From an uncultured delta proteobacterium (GTDB lineage Bacteria; Desulfobacterota; Desulfobacteria; Desulfobacterales; JAFDCJ01), in contig CAVYNY010000032.1 in the NCBI GenBank assembly GCA_963769935.1, positions 96,001 to 160,000 on the forward strand: a stretch of DNA of 64,000 bases. The letters are read 5' to 3'. Both the position numbers and the translations under genes were made by a program. The notes beneath the pieces are model-generated. The model saw only the letters and a program-made list of their open reading frames with translations, made no database searches and was not told the DNA's origin. This document shows positions 39,858 to 49,354 of this stretch, piece by piece. Numbering within the stretch: the stretch's first letter is position 1; each line of letters begins with the position of its first letter.

Positions 39858-40256
39858 ATGAAAGGCGGGCCCCAAAAAATATTAGTCGTCGATGATGATG
39901 ATCTTTTATTGGATGCGGTATCTCAAATGCTTTTTCGGTTGGGCCATCACGTGATCGCTGCGAACAGTGGAGACCAGGGTCTGGCGCTCTTCCTGAAAAG
40001 TGAATGTGATATTGTTTTAACTGACTTCGGAATGCCCGGTCTGGACGGCATCTCCCTTGCTTGGCACATCAAGGAAAAGTCCCCTGATACGGTGGTCATC
40101 CTCATGACCGGCCATGATAGAGAAAGCATCATGGGTCTGATCAGGGACAGCTCGGTGGATCTGGCGTTGTTCAAGCCCTTTGATTTGTTGACGCTTGAGA
40201 AAATTCTCCGGGAAACCGAACCTCAGCGGGAGCAGAAACAGATGAGCAGCTATTAA
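39858..40256 (+). CDS. Single-domain response regulator (receiver)
   Basis: ILVVDDD, LTDFGMPGLDG, LMTG, FKPF. Confidence 0.85.
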   Translation: MKGGPQKILVVDDDDLLLDAVSQMLFRLGHHVIAANSGDQGLALFLKSECDIVLTDFGMPGLDGISLAWHIKEKSPDTVVILMTGHDRESIMGLIRDSSVDLALFKPFDLLTLEKILRETEPQREQKQMSSY

Positions 40257-40271
40257 AATGGAGGTAGACCC

Positions 40272-40502
40272 ATGAAAGATCTGATCAAAATGATTGCTGA
40301 AGCTCTTGTCGACCAACCGGGACAAGTATCGGTTAAAGAAGTAGGTGGAAATCATACGTCGGTATTAGAACTGAGCGTGGCCAAAGTAGACATCGGGAAA
40401 GTAATCGGAAAGCATGGACGCAATGTAAGCGCCATGCGGACCATACTAAGCGCTGTGTCGGCTAAAGAAAAAAAACGAGCGCTGCTGGAGATAGTAGAAT
40501 AA
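40272..40502 (+). CDS. khpA: KH-domain RNA-binding protein (KhpA family)
   Basis: MKDLIKMIAEALVDQP...DIGKVIGKHGR...LEIVE (GxxG loop); GGAGGT RBS. Confidence 0.9.
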   Translation: MKDLIKMIAEALVDQPGQVSVKEVGGNHTSVLELSVAKVDIGKVIGKHGRNVSAMRTILSAVSAKEKKRALLEIVE

Positions 40503-40540
40503 TACCGAAATTGCTTTATGTCTCACTCCCCTTGTATCGA

Positions 40541-40600
40541 GCCGGATCGAGTGGTCGAACAATTCCTCCAGGGTCGCTCCCGGTCCGGCTTTTCCAAGAA
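40541..40600 (-). pseudogene. Short fragment homologous to the M24 peptidase gene segment 30341-30400
   Basis: 51/60 ungapped nucleotide identity by hand; KAGPGATLEELFDHSIRL versus KAKPGAALAELFDHSVRL. Confidence 0.65.
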
Positions 40601-41021
40601 CCCCACCGAGGTATTCATCGATCAAAAAGCCAACCTGCCTAAACCATCCTTTGTCCCGGCCGACAACCTCCATGCCGTCCCCAAAAAAAGCCTCGGAAAA
40701 TATGTTGGTACCTTGGATCTTGATACCATCTGCCGGCCAAAGCTCTTGTTTACGGCCGGTGAAAAGCTGTATGCCTTCGGGGATTTAAAAAGCCGCAGAC
40801 CCTAGACGGTCCGGATAGGCTCTTTCTCACCCTTGTTACCGGTAAAATCCTCATTTTCGACGGTCAACAGGTTTTAGCCCAGCCCTTTCTGAACATCGGT
40901 CCGCTCATTGCCGACGTCGGCGGTTGCTTTATTTCTATTGCCGCTGAATGAATCAAATTAATCCTCCCTGAAAAATATCGCCTTCAGGAAATTCCCTGTC
41001 TATTGAATCCACATTTCCGAG

Positions 41022-41089
41022 GTAGGGTGGGCATTGCCCACCGTTGGCAGGCGGGACAGGCGGAATTTGGTGGGCAATGCCCACCCTAC
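41022..41089. repeat. GTAG-type REP doublet (REPIN-like)
   Basis: gtagggtgggcattgcccacc ... ggtgggcaatgcccaccctac, a perfect inverted pair. Confidence 0.78.
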
Positions 41090-41394
41090 GGTATCTAATT
41101 TTTGCAAGGTTTGGGGTTTCTTTCAAAAATTGACCCCGCCCCCCCCGACAGGGATTGGGTCAAATGTCCGTTTGAAATTTTGATCATTGGAGATTGGAAT
41201 TTGTTTCCTATTTCGGGCTTCGAGATTCGGATTTAATTTCGGTGGGCACTTACAATGAACTTTCTTTTTCCCCGTGGCCGGCCAGCAATGATAAAATTAA
41301 TCGATTGTTATGATCCTTGACTTGTAATCAAGGCCGGGTTAAATAATCCGGTTACTATTTGCAGGCTTGGACGTTTATAATTTTACGATACGAC

Positions 41395-42828
41395 ATGATG
41401 AATTTGAAAAAACGGTGGAATCGCGAGGGCGGCTACCGGGAAGTTCTGGCCGTCGCGATTCCTTTGATTTTGAGCACCGCCACCTGGTCGGTGCAGCACT
41501 TCGTGGATCGGATGTTTCTGACCTGGTACTCGGCCGAGGCCATCGCGGCCGCTCTGCCGGCGGGCCTCCTGAATTTTTCGCTGATCAGCATTTTCATGGG
41601 CACGGCCGGCTATGCGAGCACGTTTGTAGCCCAATATTACGGCGCCGGACGTTACCATCGCATCGGGCCCGCGCTCTGGCAGGGAGTATATGTGTCCTTT
41701 ATCGGCGGGATATTCCTGCTGGCTGCCATTCCTTTCGCCGGGCCCATATTCAGGCTGGTAGGTCACAGCCCCCTGGTGCAACAAAATGAAGTGATCTATT
41801 TCCAGGTTCTATGCCTGGGCGGCGGGCCCTATATTGCCGCTTATGCGCTGTCCGGATTTTTCAGCGGCCGGGGGAAAACCTGGCCCGTGATGTGGGTCAA
41901 CGTGCTGGCGACAACCGTCAACCTGGTGCTGGATTACTGCATGATCTTCGGGCATTGGGGGTTTCCGGAGCTGGGAATCAAAGGCGCGGGGATTGCCACG
42001 GTGCTGGCCGGTCTGTTTTCATTTCTGCTGTATTTAGCCCTGATGTCCGGGCGCACGATCGACCGCAGGTATTATACCCTCAGGGGGTGGCGGCCGGCCG
42101 GCGATCTTTTTGTGCGCATGCTGCGGTTCGGATTTCCTTCCGGGGTGCAGTTTTTTCTGGAAATGGCCGGTTTCACAGGATTTGTCCTGGTTGTGGGGCG
42201 GCTGGGGACCGTCAGCCTGGCGGCGACCAATATTGCCTTCAACATCAATACCCTGGCGTTCATGCCCATGATCGGCTGCGGCATTGCCATATCGGTGCTC
42301 GTCGGCCAGTATCTGGGAGCCGAAAAACCGGAGCTTGCGCAAACGGCCGCCTATTCCGGGTTCCACCTGACGATGATTTACATGTCCAGTATTGCGGCGG
42401 CATATGTCCTGCTGCCGGATCTTTTCGTGGCCCCCTTTGCCCATCGGGCGGATCCGGCCGGTTTTCAGCAGATCTACCGCTACAGCGTTGTCCTGCTGCG
42501 TTTTGTCGCCGTTTATTCTATCTTCGACACCATGAATATCATTTTTTGCTCGGCTTTGAAGGGAGCGGGCGACACCCCCTATGTGATGATGGTGACCGTG
42601 ATTTTATCACTGTTCGTTCTGATACTGCCCACATATCTGGTGGTGGTCAAGCTGGATTGGGGCCTGATGGCGGCCTGGGTGCTGGCATCCGCCTACATCA
42701 TTTTGATCGGCATTATTTTTTACCTTCGGTTTCTGGGCGGCAAGTGGAAATCCATGCGGGTGATCGAACAGGTGGTGCCGGTCCCCAAGCCCGGGCCTAC
42801 CAAGCTGGGGCGGGTGGCGAAGTTATAA
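41395..42828 (+). CDS. MATE family efflux transporter
   Basis: VAIPLIL...FVDRMFL, VAQYYGAG, IFGHWGFPELGIKGAGIAT, LVGQYLGA, ALKGAGDT; about 12 TM segments. Confidence 0.92.
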   Translation: MMNLKKRWNREGGYREVLAVAIPLILSTATWSVQHFVDRMFLTWYSAEAIAAALPAGLLNFSLISIFMGTAGYASTFVAQYYGAGRYHRIGPALWQGVYVSFIGGIFLLAAIPFAGPIFRLVGHSPLVQQNEVIYFQVLCLGGGPYIAAYALSGFFSGRGKTWPVMWVNVLATTVNLVLDYCMIFGHWGFPELGIKGAGIATVLAGLFSFLLYLALMSGRTIDRRYYTLRGWRPAGDLFVRMLRFGFPSGVQFFLEMAGFTGFVLVVGRLGTVSLAATNIAFNINTLAFMPMIGCGIAISVLVGQYLGAEKPELAQTAAYSGFHLTMIYMSSIAAAYVLLPDLFVAPFAHRADPAGFQQIYRYSVVLLRFVAVYSIFDTMNIIFCSALKGAGDTPYVMMVTVILSLFVLILPTYLVVVKLDWGLMAAWVLASAYIILIGIIFYLRFLGGKWKSMRVIEQVVPVPKPGPTKLGRVAKL

Positions 42829-42875
42829 TTAAGTTGGTCGCAAACCCGGATAAGTCGGAACCAAAAAAGAAACTA

Positions 42876-42956
42876 ATCACGAAAGCACGAAAGGACGAAA
42901 ACACGAAAAAATGAGAAGTAAAATTTCGTTCTTTGAAAATCTCGCGTTTTCGTGAT
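42876..42956. repeat. Inverted CACGAAA/TTTCGTG intergenic element
   Basis: cacgaaagcacgaaaggacgaaaacacgaaa ... tttcgtt ... ttttcgtgat. Confidence 0.65.
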
Positions 42957-43057
42957 GAAGAAATTTTTTTCACAAAAAAGCAATAATCTCATATTTAAGC
43001 GCTGATTTAGGTTGTGAAATGTACGTGGTCCGTTATAAATTGCCCATAACTTATATA

Positions 43058-43108
43058 TTGACAGCTGCTAATTTATATATATAATTTGTTTTAATTTATA
43101 TATATAAT
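43058..43108 (+). promoter_or_regulatory. sigma70 promoter with overlapping 17 bp direct-repeat operator for vapBC
   Basis: TTGACA (43058)-16 bp-TATAAT (43080); TAATTTATATATATAAT at 43069-43085 and 43092-43108. Confidence 0.7.
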
Positions 43109-43119
43109 ATAGGTGAAAT

Positions 43120-43323
43120 ATGAAAACATTGATTGATATACAAGACGACCTCATGCATGATTTATTAAAAGAGGCGAACACAAACGTGAAAAAGGAAGCT
43201 ATCGTTCTGGCTATCAAAACATTTCTTGATGTTAGAAGGCGGGAAAAACTGGCTTCACTGATCGGAAATTACGAGTTTGGGTATTCGATGAAGGATCTTG
43301 AAGAAATGAGGAACGATGGATAA
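43120..43323 (+). CDS. vapB: VapB-type antitoxin
   Basis: MKTLIDIQDDL...KKEAIVLAI (RHH-like); overlaps the PIN toxin start. Confidence 0.8.
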   Translation: MKTLIDIQDDLMHDLLKEANTNVKKEAIVLAIKTFLDVRRREKLASLIGNYEFGYSMKDLEEMRNDG

Positions 43324-43714
43324 AGTCATCATCGACACCTCAGCCTGGATAGAGTCTTTCAGGTCCGGTTCCGAGAAGTCGTTTCAACGGCTCGTCAAGG
43401 ACTTGATCCTTCAGGATGTGGTTTTGCTTCCTGGAATTATAAAAACGGAATTGCTGCGGGGTGCCAAAAACAAGAAGGAATTTAATCATCTATATCAGAT
43501 GCTGAAGGGGCTGACATATCTGGCTGTGGCTGAAGATTTTTGGGAAAGGTTGTCCGAATTTTCGTTTCAGCTCTTCCGCAAAGGGGTCGTTGTGCCGCTG
43601 ACCGATACTTACATTGCTCTTCTTTGTATCGAAAATCAGATGTCGCTGCTCCACCGCGACAAACATTTTGACATGATCGCCCAAAAAACCAATTTATCCA
43701 TTTTAGCGTTTTAA
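43316..43714 (+). CDS. vapC: PIN-domain toxin VapC
   Basis: IIDTSAWI, ELLRG, LTDTYIA, HRDKHF. Confidence 0.9.
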   Translation: MDKVIIDTSAWIESFRSGSEKSFQRLVKDLILQDVVLLPGIIKTELLRGAKNKKEFNHLYQMLKGLTYLAVAEDFWERLSEFSFQLFRKGVVVPLTDTYIALLCIENQMSLLHRDKHFDMIAQKTNLSILAF

Positions 43715-43805
43715 CCTAATTAAGCCGCCGACACCTCAGGCAAGCAAGTGTTTCGATTTTCAAAGCAACATCCAAAATTTAAAAAATTCTATATTTCAGG
43801 GCGGA

Positions 43806-44045
43806 TTAATTATCGGCAGGGATGGTTTTGCCTTCTTCGTAGTCCTTCTGGCCGTGGGCAACCATCTTCAGCAGGGCCAACGCATCCTGAATCCGCTCAT
43901 ACTCGGTTATGTCCTGAATGACCGCTTTGGCCTCGCCATTTTGGGTAATAATCATCGTGCCATGCTGTTCGTTCAGGTCGCGGATTACATCGGCGGCATG
44001 TGCCTTAAAATAGCTGATCGGCTTGATGGCTTGGCTAAGTTTCAT
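43806..44045 (-). CDS. Phd/YefM antitoxin, orphan and possibly truncated
   Basis: IKPISYFKAHAA...IITQNGEAKAVIQDITEYE; no toxin ORF follows before the convergent vapC. Confidence 0.78.
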   Translation of the reverse strand: MKLSQAIKPISYFKAHAADVIRDLNEQHGTMIITQNGEAKAVIQDITEYERIQDALALLKMVAHGQKDYEEGKTIPADN

Positions 44046-44149
44046 TTCGTAAACCTTATTAAGAATTTAATTTAGACTTAATATGGACTTTTAAAAGTCT
44101 ATTGGCAATCAATTTTTAATATAATGTTTTAATAGCCTTAGAGGTGTGC

Positions 44150-44190
44150 TTGACAATTTCATAATGTGGATGTACATATTAAGTGTACAC
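44150..44190 (+). promoter_or_regulatory. Promoter with TGTACA palindromic Phd/YefM-type operators
   Basis: TTGACA at 44150; TGTACA 44171-44176 and GTGTACAC 44183-44190. Confidence 0.6.
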
Positions 44191-44234
44191 AAATGCTGGT
44201 GTGCATTAACCCAAATATTCCAAGAGGAATAATT

Positions 44235-44471
44235 ATGATGCTTGAAGTCAATGTAAAAGAAGCGCGCAGCAAATTGAGCATTCTTTTGGATAAAGTTGAG
44301 CGCGGCGAGGAAATAATTATTACACGCCGCGGAAAAAAAATCGCTCTCTTGGTTTCTGCGGGAAGAGAAAAGACCCTGCCCAGCTTGGAGCAATTTCGAG
44401 CTTCTATATCATCGGCTGGGAAGCCCTTGAGCGAAACCGTTATCGATATCAGGCAGGAAGAGCGGTACTGA
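44235..44471 (+). CDS. Phd/YefM family antitoxin
   Basis: EVNVKEARSKLSILLDKVERGEEIIITRRGKKIALL; GAGGA RBS. Confidence 0.88.
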   Translation: MMLEVNVKEARSKLSILLDKVERGEEIIITRRGKKIALLVSAGREKTLPSLEQFRASISSAGKPLSETVIDIRQEERY

Positions 44472-44890
44472 TGTATTATTTGGACACCAGTGTTTTGGCT
44501 GCCTATTATTGCCCGGAGGCCCTCAGTGGAGAAGCGGAAAAAGTTATCATCAGCTCAAAAGGTCCCGCCATCAGTTCTTTGACTGAAGTCGAACTTGCAT
44601 CCGCCATTTCCCGGAAAATCAGGGAAAAGAATCTATCACCGGAAGATGGAAACAAAATATTTAACCAGTTTCAAACCCACCTCAAAGAATCCCTATACAG
44701 GCTGATATCCGTCGAAGACAGACATTATCAGAGTGCGAAAAATTGGATTCTGCAATTTACCGTCCCGCTCAAAACATTGGACGCCCTTCATCTCGCCCTT
44801 GCTTCAGCGGATAATTTAACGCTCTTGACTGCCGATCGACAGTTGGACATAGCCGCCAGGCATTTTGGCATTAAGGTCGTTTGCCTCTAA
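44471..44890 (+). CDS. vapC: PIN-domain toxin VapC
   Basis: YLDTSVL, EVELASA, LKTLDALHLA, TADRQL. Confidence 0.9.
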   Translation: MYYLDTSVLAAYYCPEALSGEAEKVIISSKGPAISSLTEVELASAISRKIREKNLSPEDGNKIFNQFQTHLKESLYRLISVEDRHYQSAKNWILQFTVPLKTLDALHLALASADNLTLLTADRQLDIAARHFGIKVVCL

Positions 44891-44982
44891 AAGTCCAATT
44901 TCAAGATCGGATAGAATGCCATAGTGGGAACAAAGATGCTGAATGTATCTGCAATCAGCGTCGAGGCAATGAAAACGGTTTT

Positions 44983-47553
44983 TCATTCCTCATCAACTTT
45001 ATCCGGCAAAACGCCGGCATCCTCCGCCTCCCGGGCGGCGTCTTCAGCTTTGGCAGCAGCCTTGGCGGCTTTGCGGGTCAGTTTGTCGGCCTGTAGTTCG
45101 GCTTCCGCGGCGGTCTTTTCGGCCTTGGCGGCAACCTCTTCATTTGCTTCAGATTCGGTTTTGACTTCTTCAGCTCTGCGTCTGGCCTCTTCGGACGCCT
45201 TCGCCGCCTCCTGTGCCTCTTCGGATGCGGCGTTTGCCTTTTTGCGGGCATCTTCCAGCGCGTCCAATACCTGAGCCTTTTCGCCGGCCTCGCCTTCTTC
45301 GGGTTGTGCATCCAAATCGATGTCTTCGGCGGCCAAAACCATCGCCGTCACCGGCAAAAGGAAAAGCGTATCGGCCATCGCGTTGCCGAAGGAATCGACA
45401 ACCTGGTTTTGTCTGATGCGAAAGGGCAGAAAAACGAGAGCCGAGTCCGCCGAATATTCAGCGATGGTGTCTGCGCCGGCATTTTCCACTATTTGCGGGT
45501 CGGCCTCGATGCGTGCATCTGTGAGCATTGTTTTCAAATTTTCGATCGTTTGAACGCCGTTTTGATCAGGACCGGAAGCCAGCAGACGAATCCTGGCTTC
45601 ACTCCATTGTTCATTGCGGGTCATCAGATACGCCATCAGCAGCATGAGACGGCCGGTGGCATCCTCCCGCCACCAGACATCGATAAAAAGATCCTTTTTG
45701 TCGATGTCTGCAAACGCCTCCCATTTATCCGCTTTCGCATCCAGGATGATGAGATTGCAGCCGTAAAGACGTGCGGCCCGCAGATTGCGGGTAAACTCCT
45801 GGTTGTGCGGGTCCAGGATCCGCTGGGGGATCCGGCCCAGCCAGTTGAGCAGGATGGTGTTGGCTTTTAAAGATCCGACGCCGTAGGATTGAACGACACT
45901 CTGAATGCCTGTTTGGAGATTGGCAGCCACCACCACCAGGCTGAAGGCCCTAAAACCATTTTTTCGGATATCCTGGGCAAGCTCCTCTTCGGCCTCTTCC
46001 TTCATCTTGCGCATTTTGACCCCTTCGCCTTCCAGTATCCGGACGGCGGTGGTCAGGCCGCTGCCGCCTTCAATCCAGGATGAAAAGCGCAGCAGCTGGG
46101 CCCGTCGCCGGGAATCATCGGAAAAGGCCAGAATCTGGGGACGCCAGTCGCGCGGATGTTGCGGTTCGGCGGCGATTGACAGCAGGTGCTCGCGAACCAT
46201 CTGGAGATGATATGAGCGGCGGCTGTCGGCCCAGCGTGACGGGCCGGCTGTTCGCCGGAGATACTGAAAAATGGCAAACAGCACGGCAAGCGCAACGACG
46301 CCGGCAGTGAGATCGACTGCCAGCATGGCTCCCAGGCACGCCAGTGCGCCGGCCAGGCTGAGCCATTTGTTAAAGAAGCGAAAGCGGGGACGAAACGAGG
46401 GGCTCTGAGAGCGCGCCTCATAGTAGGTTGCATAATTCAAAAGACCGTATGAAATCAGAAAGAACATCGAAACCACCGGTGCAATCAGATTGAGATGGCC
46501 GTAACCAACGGTGGCATAAGCAATTGCGGCGGACAGCAAAACCCCGCGCCGGGGATTGGCGCTCGGACCCGCGCCTTTGGCAAAGAATCCGAGAAATGGA
46601 AAAATGCGGTCGGCGGCCAAAGATTGAAGGATGCGGGGGGCGCCTAAGAAAGATGCCATGGCCGAAGACAGGGTTGCGGCAATGACTCCGGCGATGATTA
46701 TAAAACCAAACAGGGCGACCTTCTGCATGGCCTCGTAATCGCTGACCAGAACGTCGCTCGGCAGCGTCGCTGCAAATAATATTGAAGATATAAAGTAGAC
46801 AACAATTGATAAGCCCACGGCCGCAAACGTTCCCCGCGGCAGACTCCGGCCGGGATCTTTTAAATCCCCCGACATGCTCACGCCTTGGGTGAAGCCGGTG
46901 ACTGCCGGGAAGAAAATGGCAAACAGCACCCAGAAACCCGGATGAGTTTGGGAAGAGGTCCAGTTCTGGGCCAGAAGCCCCGAATCCCAGCGCAGGAAAC
47001 CGCCGACAAAAAACGAGAGGATCGCGGCAAACAAAATGACCATGACGATATACTGAAAGCGGGTGGCCCAGTCGGCTCCCAGCCAGGCAAAGATAAAAAG
47101 CAAGGAAACTGCCAGGGCGGCAATGATCTGAGGCAGAAAGGACGAATTAGTGGATATAAGTGCCGCGACGGCTTCGCCGAAGCCAAGACAGTAGAAGGCG
47201 ATCGACACCGATTGGGCCAGAAAGAGAACAATCCCCAGCGCCCCGCCGAATTCATGCCCCAGGGTACGGGATATCAAATAGTAGTCACCGCCGCCTTTCA
47301 CTTTTAAATTGGTGGCGATGGCCGAAAGAGAGACGCTGGTCAACACTGAAATGCCGTTGGCCAAAAGCAGGATCAGCAGGGCCGGACCCAGACCGGCATT
47401 GCCGACCACGTAACCCAGCCGGAGGAATAAGATAATTCCTAAAATGGTTAAGACACTGGGTGTAAAGACGCCGGCGAAGGTGCCAAGGGTTCCAGTGGGG
47501 GCAGACATATCACGATGGCTACGCGATGCATTTGAGCGGGAGCTATTTTCCAT
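44983..47553 (-). CDS. Cation-chloride cotransporter (SLC12/APC family) with Ala/Glu/Lys-rich tail
   Basis: LGTFAGVFTPSVLTILGIILFLR, SAIATN..VKGGGDYYLISRTLG.EFGG, FFPAVTG, SGDLKDP, PSFRPRF, DWRPQIL. Confidence 0.85.
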   Translation of the reverse strand: MENSSRSNASRSHRDMSAPTGTLGTFAGVFTPSVLTILGIILFLRLGYVVGNAGLGPALLILLLANGISVLTSVSLSAIATNLKVKGGGDYYLISRTLGHEFGGALGIVLFLAQSVSIAFYCLGFGEAVAALISTNSSFLPQIIAALAVSLLFIFAWLGADWATRFQYIVMVILFAAILSFFVGGFLRWDSGLLAQNWTSSQTHPGFWVLFAIFFPAVTGFTQGVSMSGDLKDPGRSLPRGTFAAVGLSIVVYFISSILFAATLPSDVLVSDYEAMQKVALFGFIIIAGVIAATLSSAMASFLGAPRILQSLAADRIFPFLGFFAKGAGPSANPRRGVLLSAAIAYATVGYGHLNLIAPVVSMFFLISYGLLNYATYYEARSQSPSFRPRFRFFNKWLSLAGALACLGAMLAVDLTAGVVALAVLFAIFQYLRRTAGPSRWADSRRSYHLQMVREHLLSIAAEPQHPRDWRPQILAFSDDSRRRAQLLRFSSWIEGGSGLTTAVRILEGEGVKMRKMKEEAEEELAQDIRKNGFRAFSLVVVAANLQTGIQSVVQSYGVGSLKANTILLNWLGRIPQRILDPHNQEFTRNLRAARLYGCNLIILDAKADKWEAFADIDKKDLFIDVWWREDATGRLMLLMAYLMTRNEQWSEARIRLLASGPDQNGVQTIENLKTMLTDARIEADPQIVENAGADTIAEYSADSALVFLPFRIRQNQVVDSFGNAMADTLFLLPVTAMVLAAEDIDLDAQPEEGEAGEKAQVLDALEDARKKANAASEEAQEAAKASEEARRRAEEVKTESEANEEVAAKAEKTAAEAELQADKLTRKAAKAAAKAEDAAREAEDAGVLPDKVDEE

Positions 47554-47556
47554 ATA

Positions 47557-47760
47557 TCAATGAGACAAAATCAGTCGTATGCCGGCATCTATGCGTCTCC
47601 GGAGACTGGCCGGCAGTCTGTTAATGCGATCGGATAGGAAGTGGTTATCTATCGTAATGATTTGAGATACGTTGGCAACGCTTTCCTTGGAAAGCCCGGT
47701 CATATTTCCGGGCAGCATAGCATTGCCGGGGGCATCCGTTAATTTGAGATTTGAGGTCAA
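47557..47760 (-). pseudogene. C-terminal fragment of a MazF/PemK toxin
   Basis: TSNL...APGN...TGLSKESVANVSQIITID...IDAGIRLIL; the N-terminal half and an antitoxin are absent. Confidence 0.72.
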
Positions 47761-47766
47761 GGCATT

Positions 47767-48186
47767 CTATTCCCAAGGGTTGAATATTCCGACGCCACTT
47801 TTTTCCATACCACCTGCGTCTCTGGTAACAATAGTCATATTATACACAATCCCAATGGCTGCTATCATACTGTCAGTAACCGGCATTTTGGTTCCGGCAA
47901 TTTCCGATAATGCTTGAATTTCTCCCCATTTTTGAACGACCTTAAGGTTGATTTCCAGAATTCTCTTGTCAAATCTTCGAATAAGTTCCGTTTCGATCCA
48001 TTCCTGGAGCATGTTTCTTTTTTGTGAATCCGGAAGTTTGCAAATTCCCTTTTGAATTTCACCAATGGTCATCACGCTTAAAAATAGGATTTCATCCCGG
48101 CAAGAGCGCAACCATTTAATTACCTTTGTACTCGGTTTTGGTTTAATTAACTCAGAAATTACGCAGGTATCTAATAAAAAATTCAA
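47767..48186 (-). CDS. vapC: PIN-domain toxin VapC
   Basis: FLLDTCVISE, SVMTIGEIQKG, DSMIAA, VTRD. Confidence 0.9.
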   Translation of the reverse strand: MNFLLDTCVISELIKPKPSTKVIKWLRSCRDEILFLSVMTIGEIQKGICKLPDSQKRNMLQEWIETELIRRFDKRILEINLKVVQKWGEIQALSEIAGTKMPVTDSMIAAIGIVYNMTIVTRDAGGMEKSGVGIFNPWE

Positions 48187-48434
48187 AGGTCTATCTCCCT
48201 TCCTAAATCTCTATCCCTTTTTAGATCTATCTCGACACCCATTAAAGGCGATTTGCGAAAGAAATCAACAAGGTTTGTTCTCGGTTTGGTCAATTGCTGA
48301 TAATCCTCGACCGACATAATGACAACGGTCTTTTTTCCCCTTCGTGTTATTATCTGGGGTCCATGCTCAAGCGCTTTTTGGACAACTTCGCTGAACCGAT
48401 TCTTAGCATCTTGCAGTTGCCAATGCTCCATCAT
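48183..48434 (-). CDS. Phd/YefM family antitoxin
   Basis: WQLQDAKNRFSEVV...GPQIITRRG; GTCTAGAC palindrome upstream. Confidence 0.9.
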   Translation of the reverse strand: MMEHWQLQDAKNRFSEVVQKALEHGPQIITRRGKKTVVIMSVEDYQQLTKPRTNLVDFFRKSPLMGVEIDLKRDRDLGREIDL

Positions 48435-48553
48435 AATTTTTCCCTTTTATTAATTGTTTTTACCTTGAACAAACTCAGACAGTCTAGACAGTAAGCGATA
48501 TTTGCTGCAGAGTCAAGAGATTCTTCAGGATACGGAAAGGCTTTCCAGTATGC

Positions 48554-48970
48554 CTATCCAGGCATAATGGCAGGGATGATGCGTCGCCTATCTTTGCGGT
48601 AAAGATTAAAATCACTGTCCAAAGTGAAAATGCGGCTCTGCGGGTGCAGTTCGCTCATTCTGATCAAACATGCATCCGCCAGAGACATGGGAACCGAACG
48701 GTATTTTAACAGCAGGTTTTTAACCGGTTGAATATGCTCAGCCAGCTGAAAAGAGATCGCAATTATTTTGCGCTGGATCATTTGCATAATCGAATCAACA
48801 CCGGTGTCGGTTCCTGCCAGCAGAAAACAGGCTTCAGAAATTACGGCCTCACATGTCAACATGGAAGGCTGAATTTGATCCCAATGTTCGAGCGCCCAAT
48901 CGTGAAATTTGTCCCTGCGGTTCAAAAAGGCAACCAGAGGGCCGGTGTCTAATAGAACGTTTTCTTTCAC
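48554..48970 (-). CDS. vapC: PIN-domain toxin VapC
   Basis: VLLDTGPLVA, EAVISEACFL, MSLADACL, FTLDSDF. Confidence 0.9.
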   Translation of the reverse strand: MKENVLLDTGPLVAFLNRRDKFHDWALEHWDQIQPSMLTCEAVISEACFLLAGTDTGVDSIMQMIQRKIIAISFQLAEHIQPVKNLLLKYRSVPMSLADACLIRMSELHPQSRIFTLDSDFNLYRKDRRRIIPAIMPG

Positions 48971-49207
48971 CGGCCATATCCCTTTAAATATTTTTTGTTA
49001 TGTGAGAGATCCGGCGGACCCTCAACAGAGCCGATCAAATCTCTAGCCAGAGCAAGACATGAATTGGGGGTGGAGCGTTTCACTTGATTCCACAACTTGG
49101 TCAAGGGCAGCTCGGATTAGAGCCGACTTGCTTTCATGCCTTCTTGCAGCAACAGCTGTTAATTTTAAGTCCAACTCTTCAGGGACTTTTACTGAAATGG
49201 TTTTCAT
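48967..49207 (-). CDS. CopG/RHH antitoxin, frameshifted by an extra C at ~49066-49073
   Basis: Not in the ORF track. Manual translation MKTISVKVPEELDLKL...SKSALIRAAL; removing one base continues SCLALARDLIGSVEGPPDLSHNKKYLKGYGR*, whose stop overlaps the toxin GTG. Confidence 0.75.
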
Positions 49208-49354
49208 TTTCTCCCTTCCTCCTGAACGGTATTATCTTTATGTCGCCACTGTAATACCTGGTGTAATCAATGTCAAGCTGCTATGCTCTTAAACAAGTTG
49301 TATCGACAATATATGAAATTTCATGTGATCGGAATTGCTTACGGCAGAATTTCC

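Noticed and set aside
40518..40805. 95 aa plus-strand ORF
   Set aside because: Overlaps the peptidase-derived fragment on the opposite strand; no RBS or motif, region looks decayed
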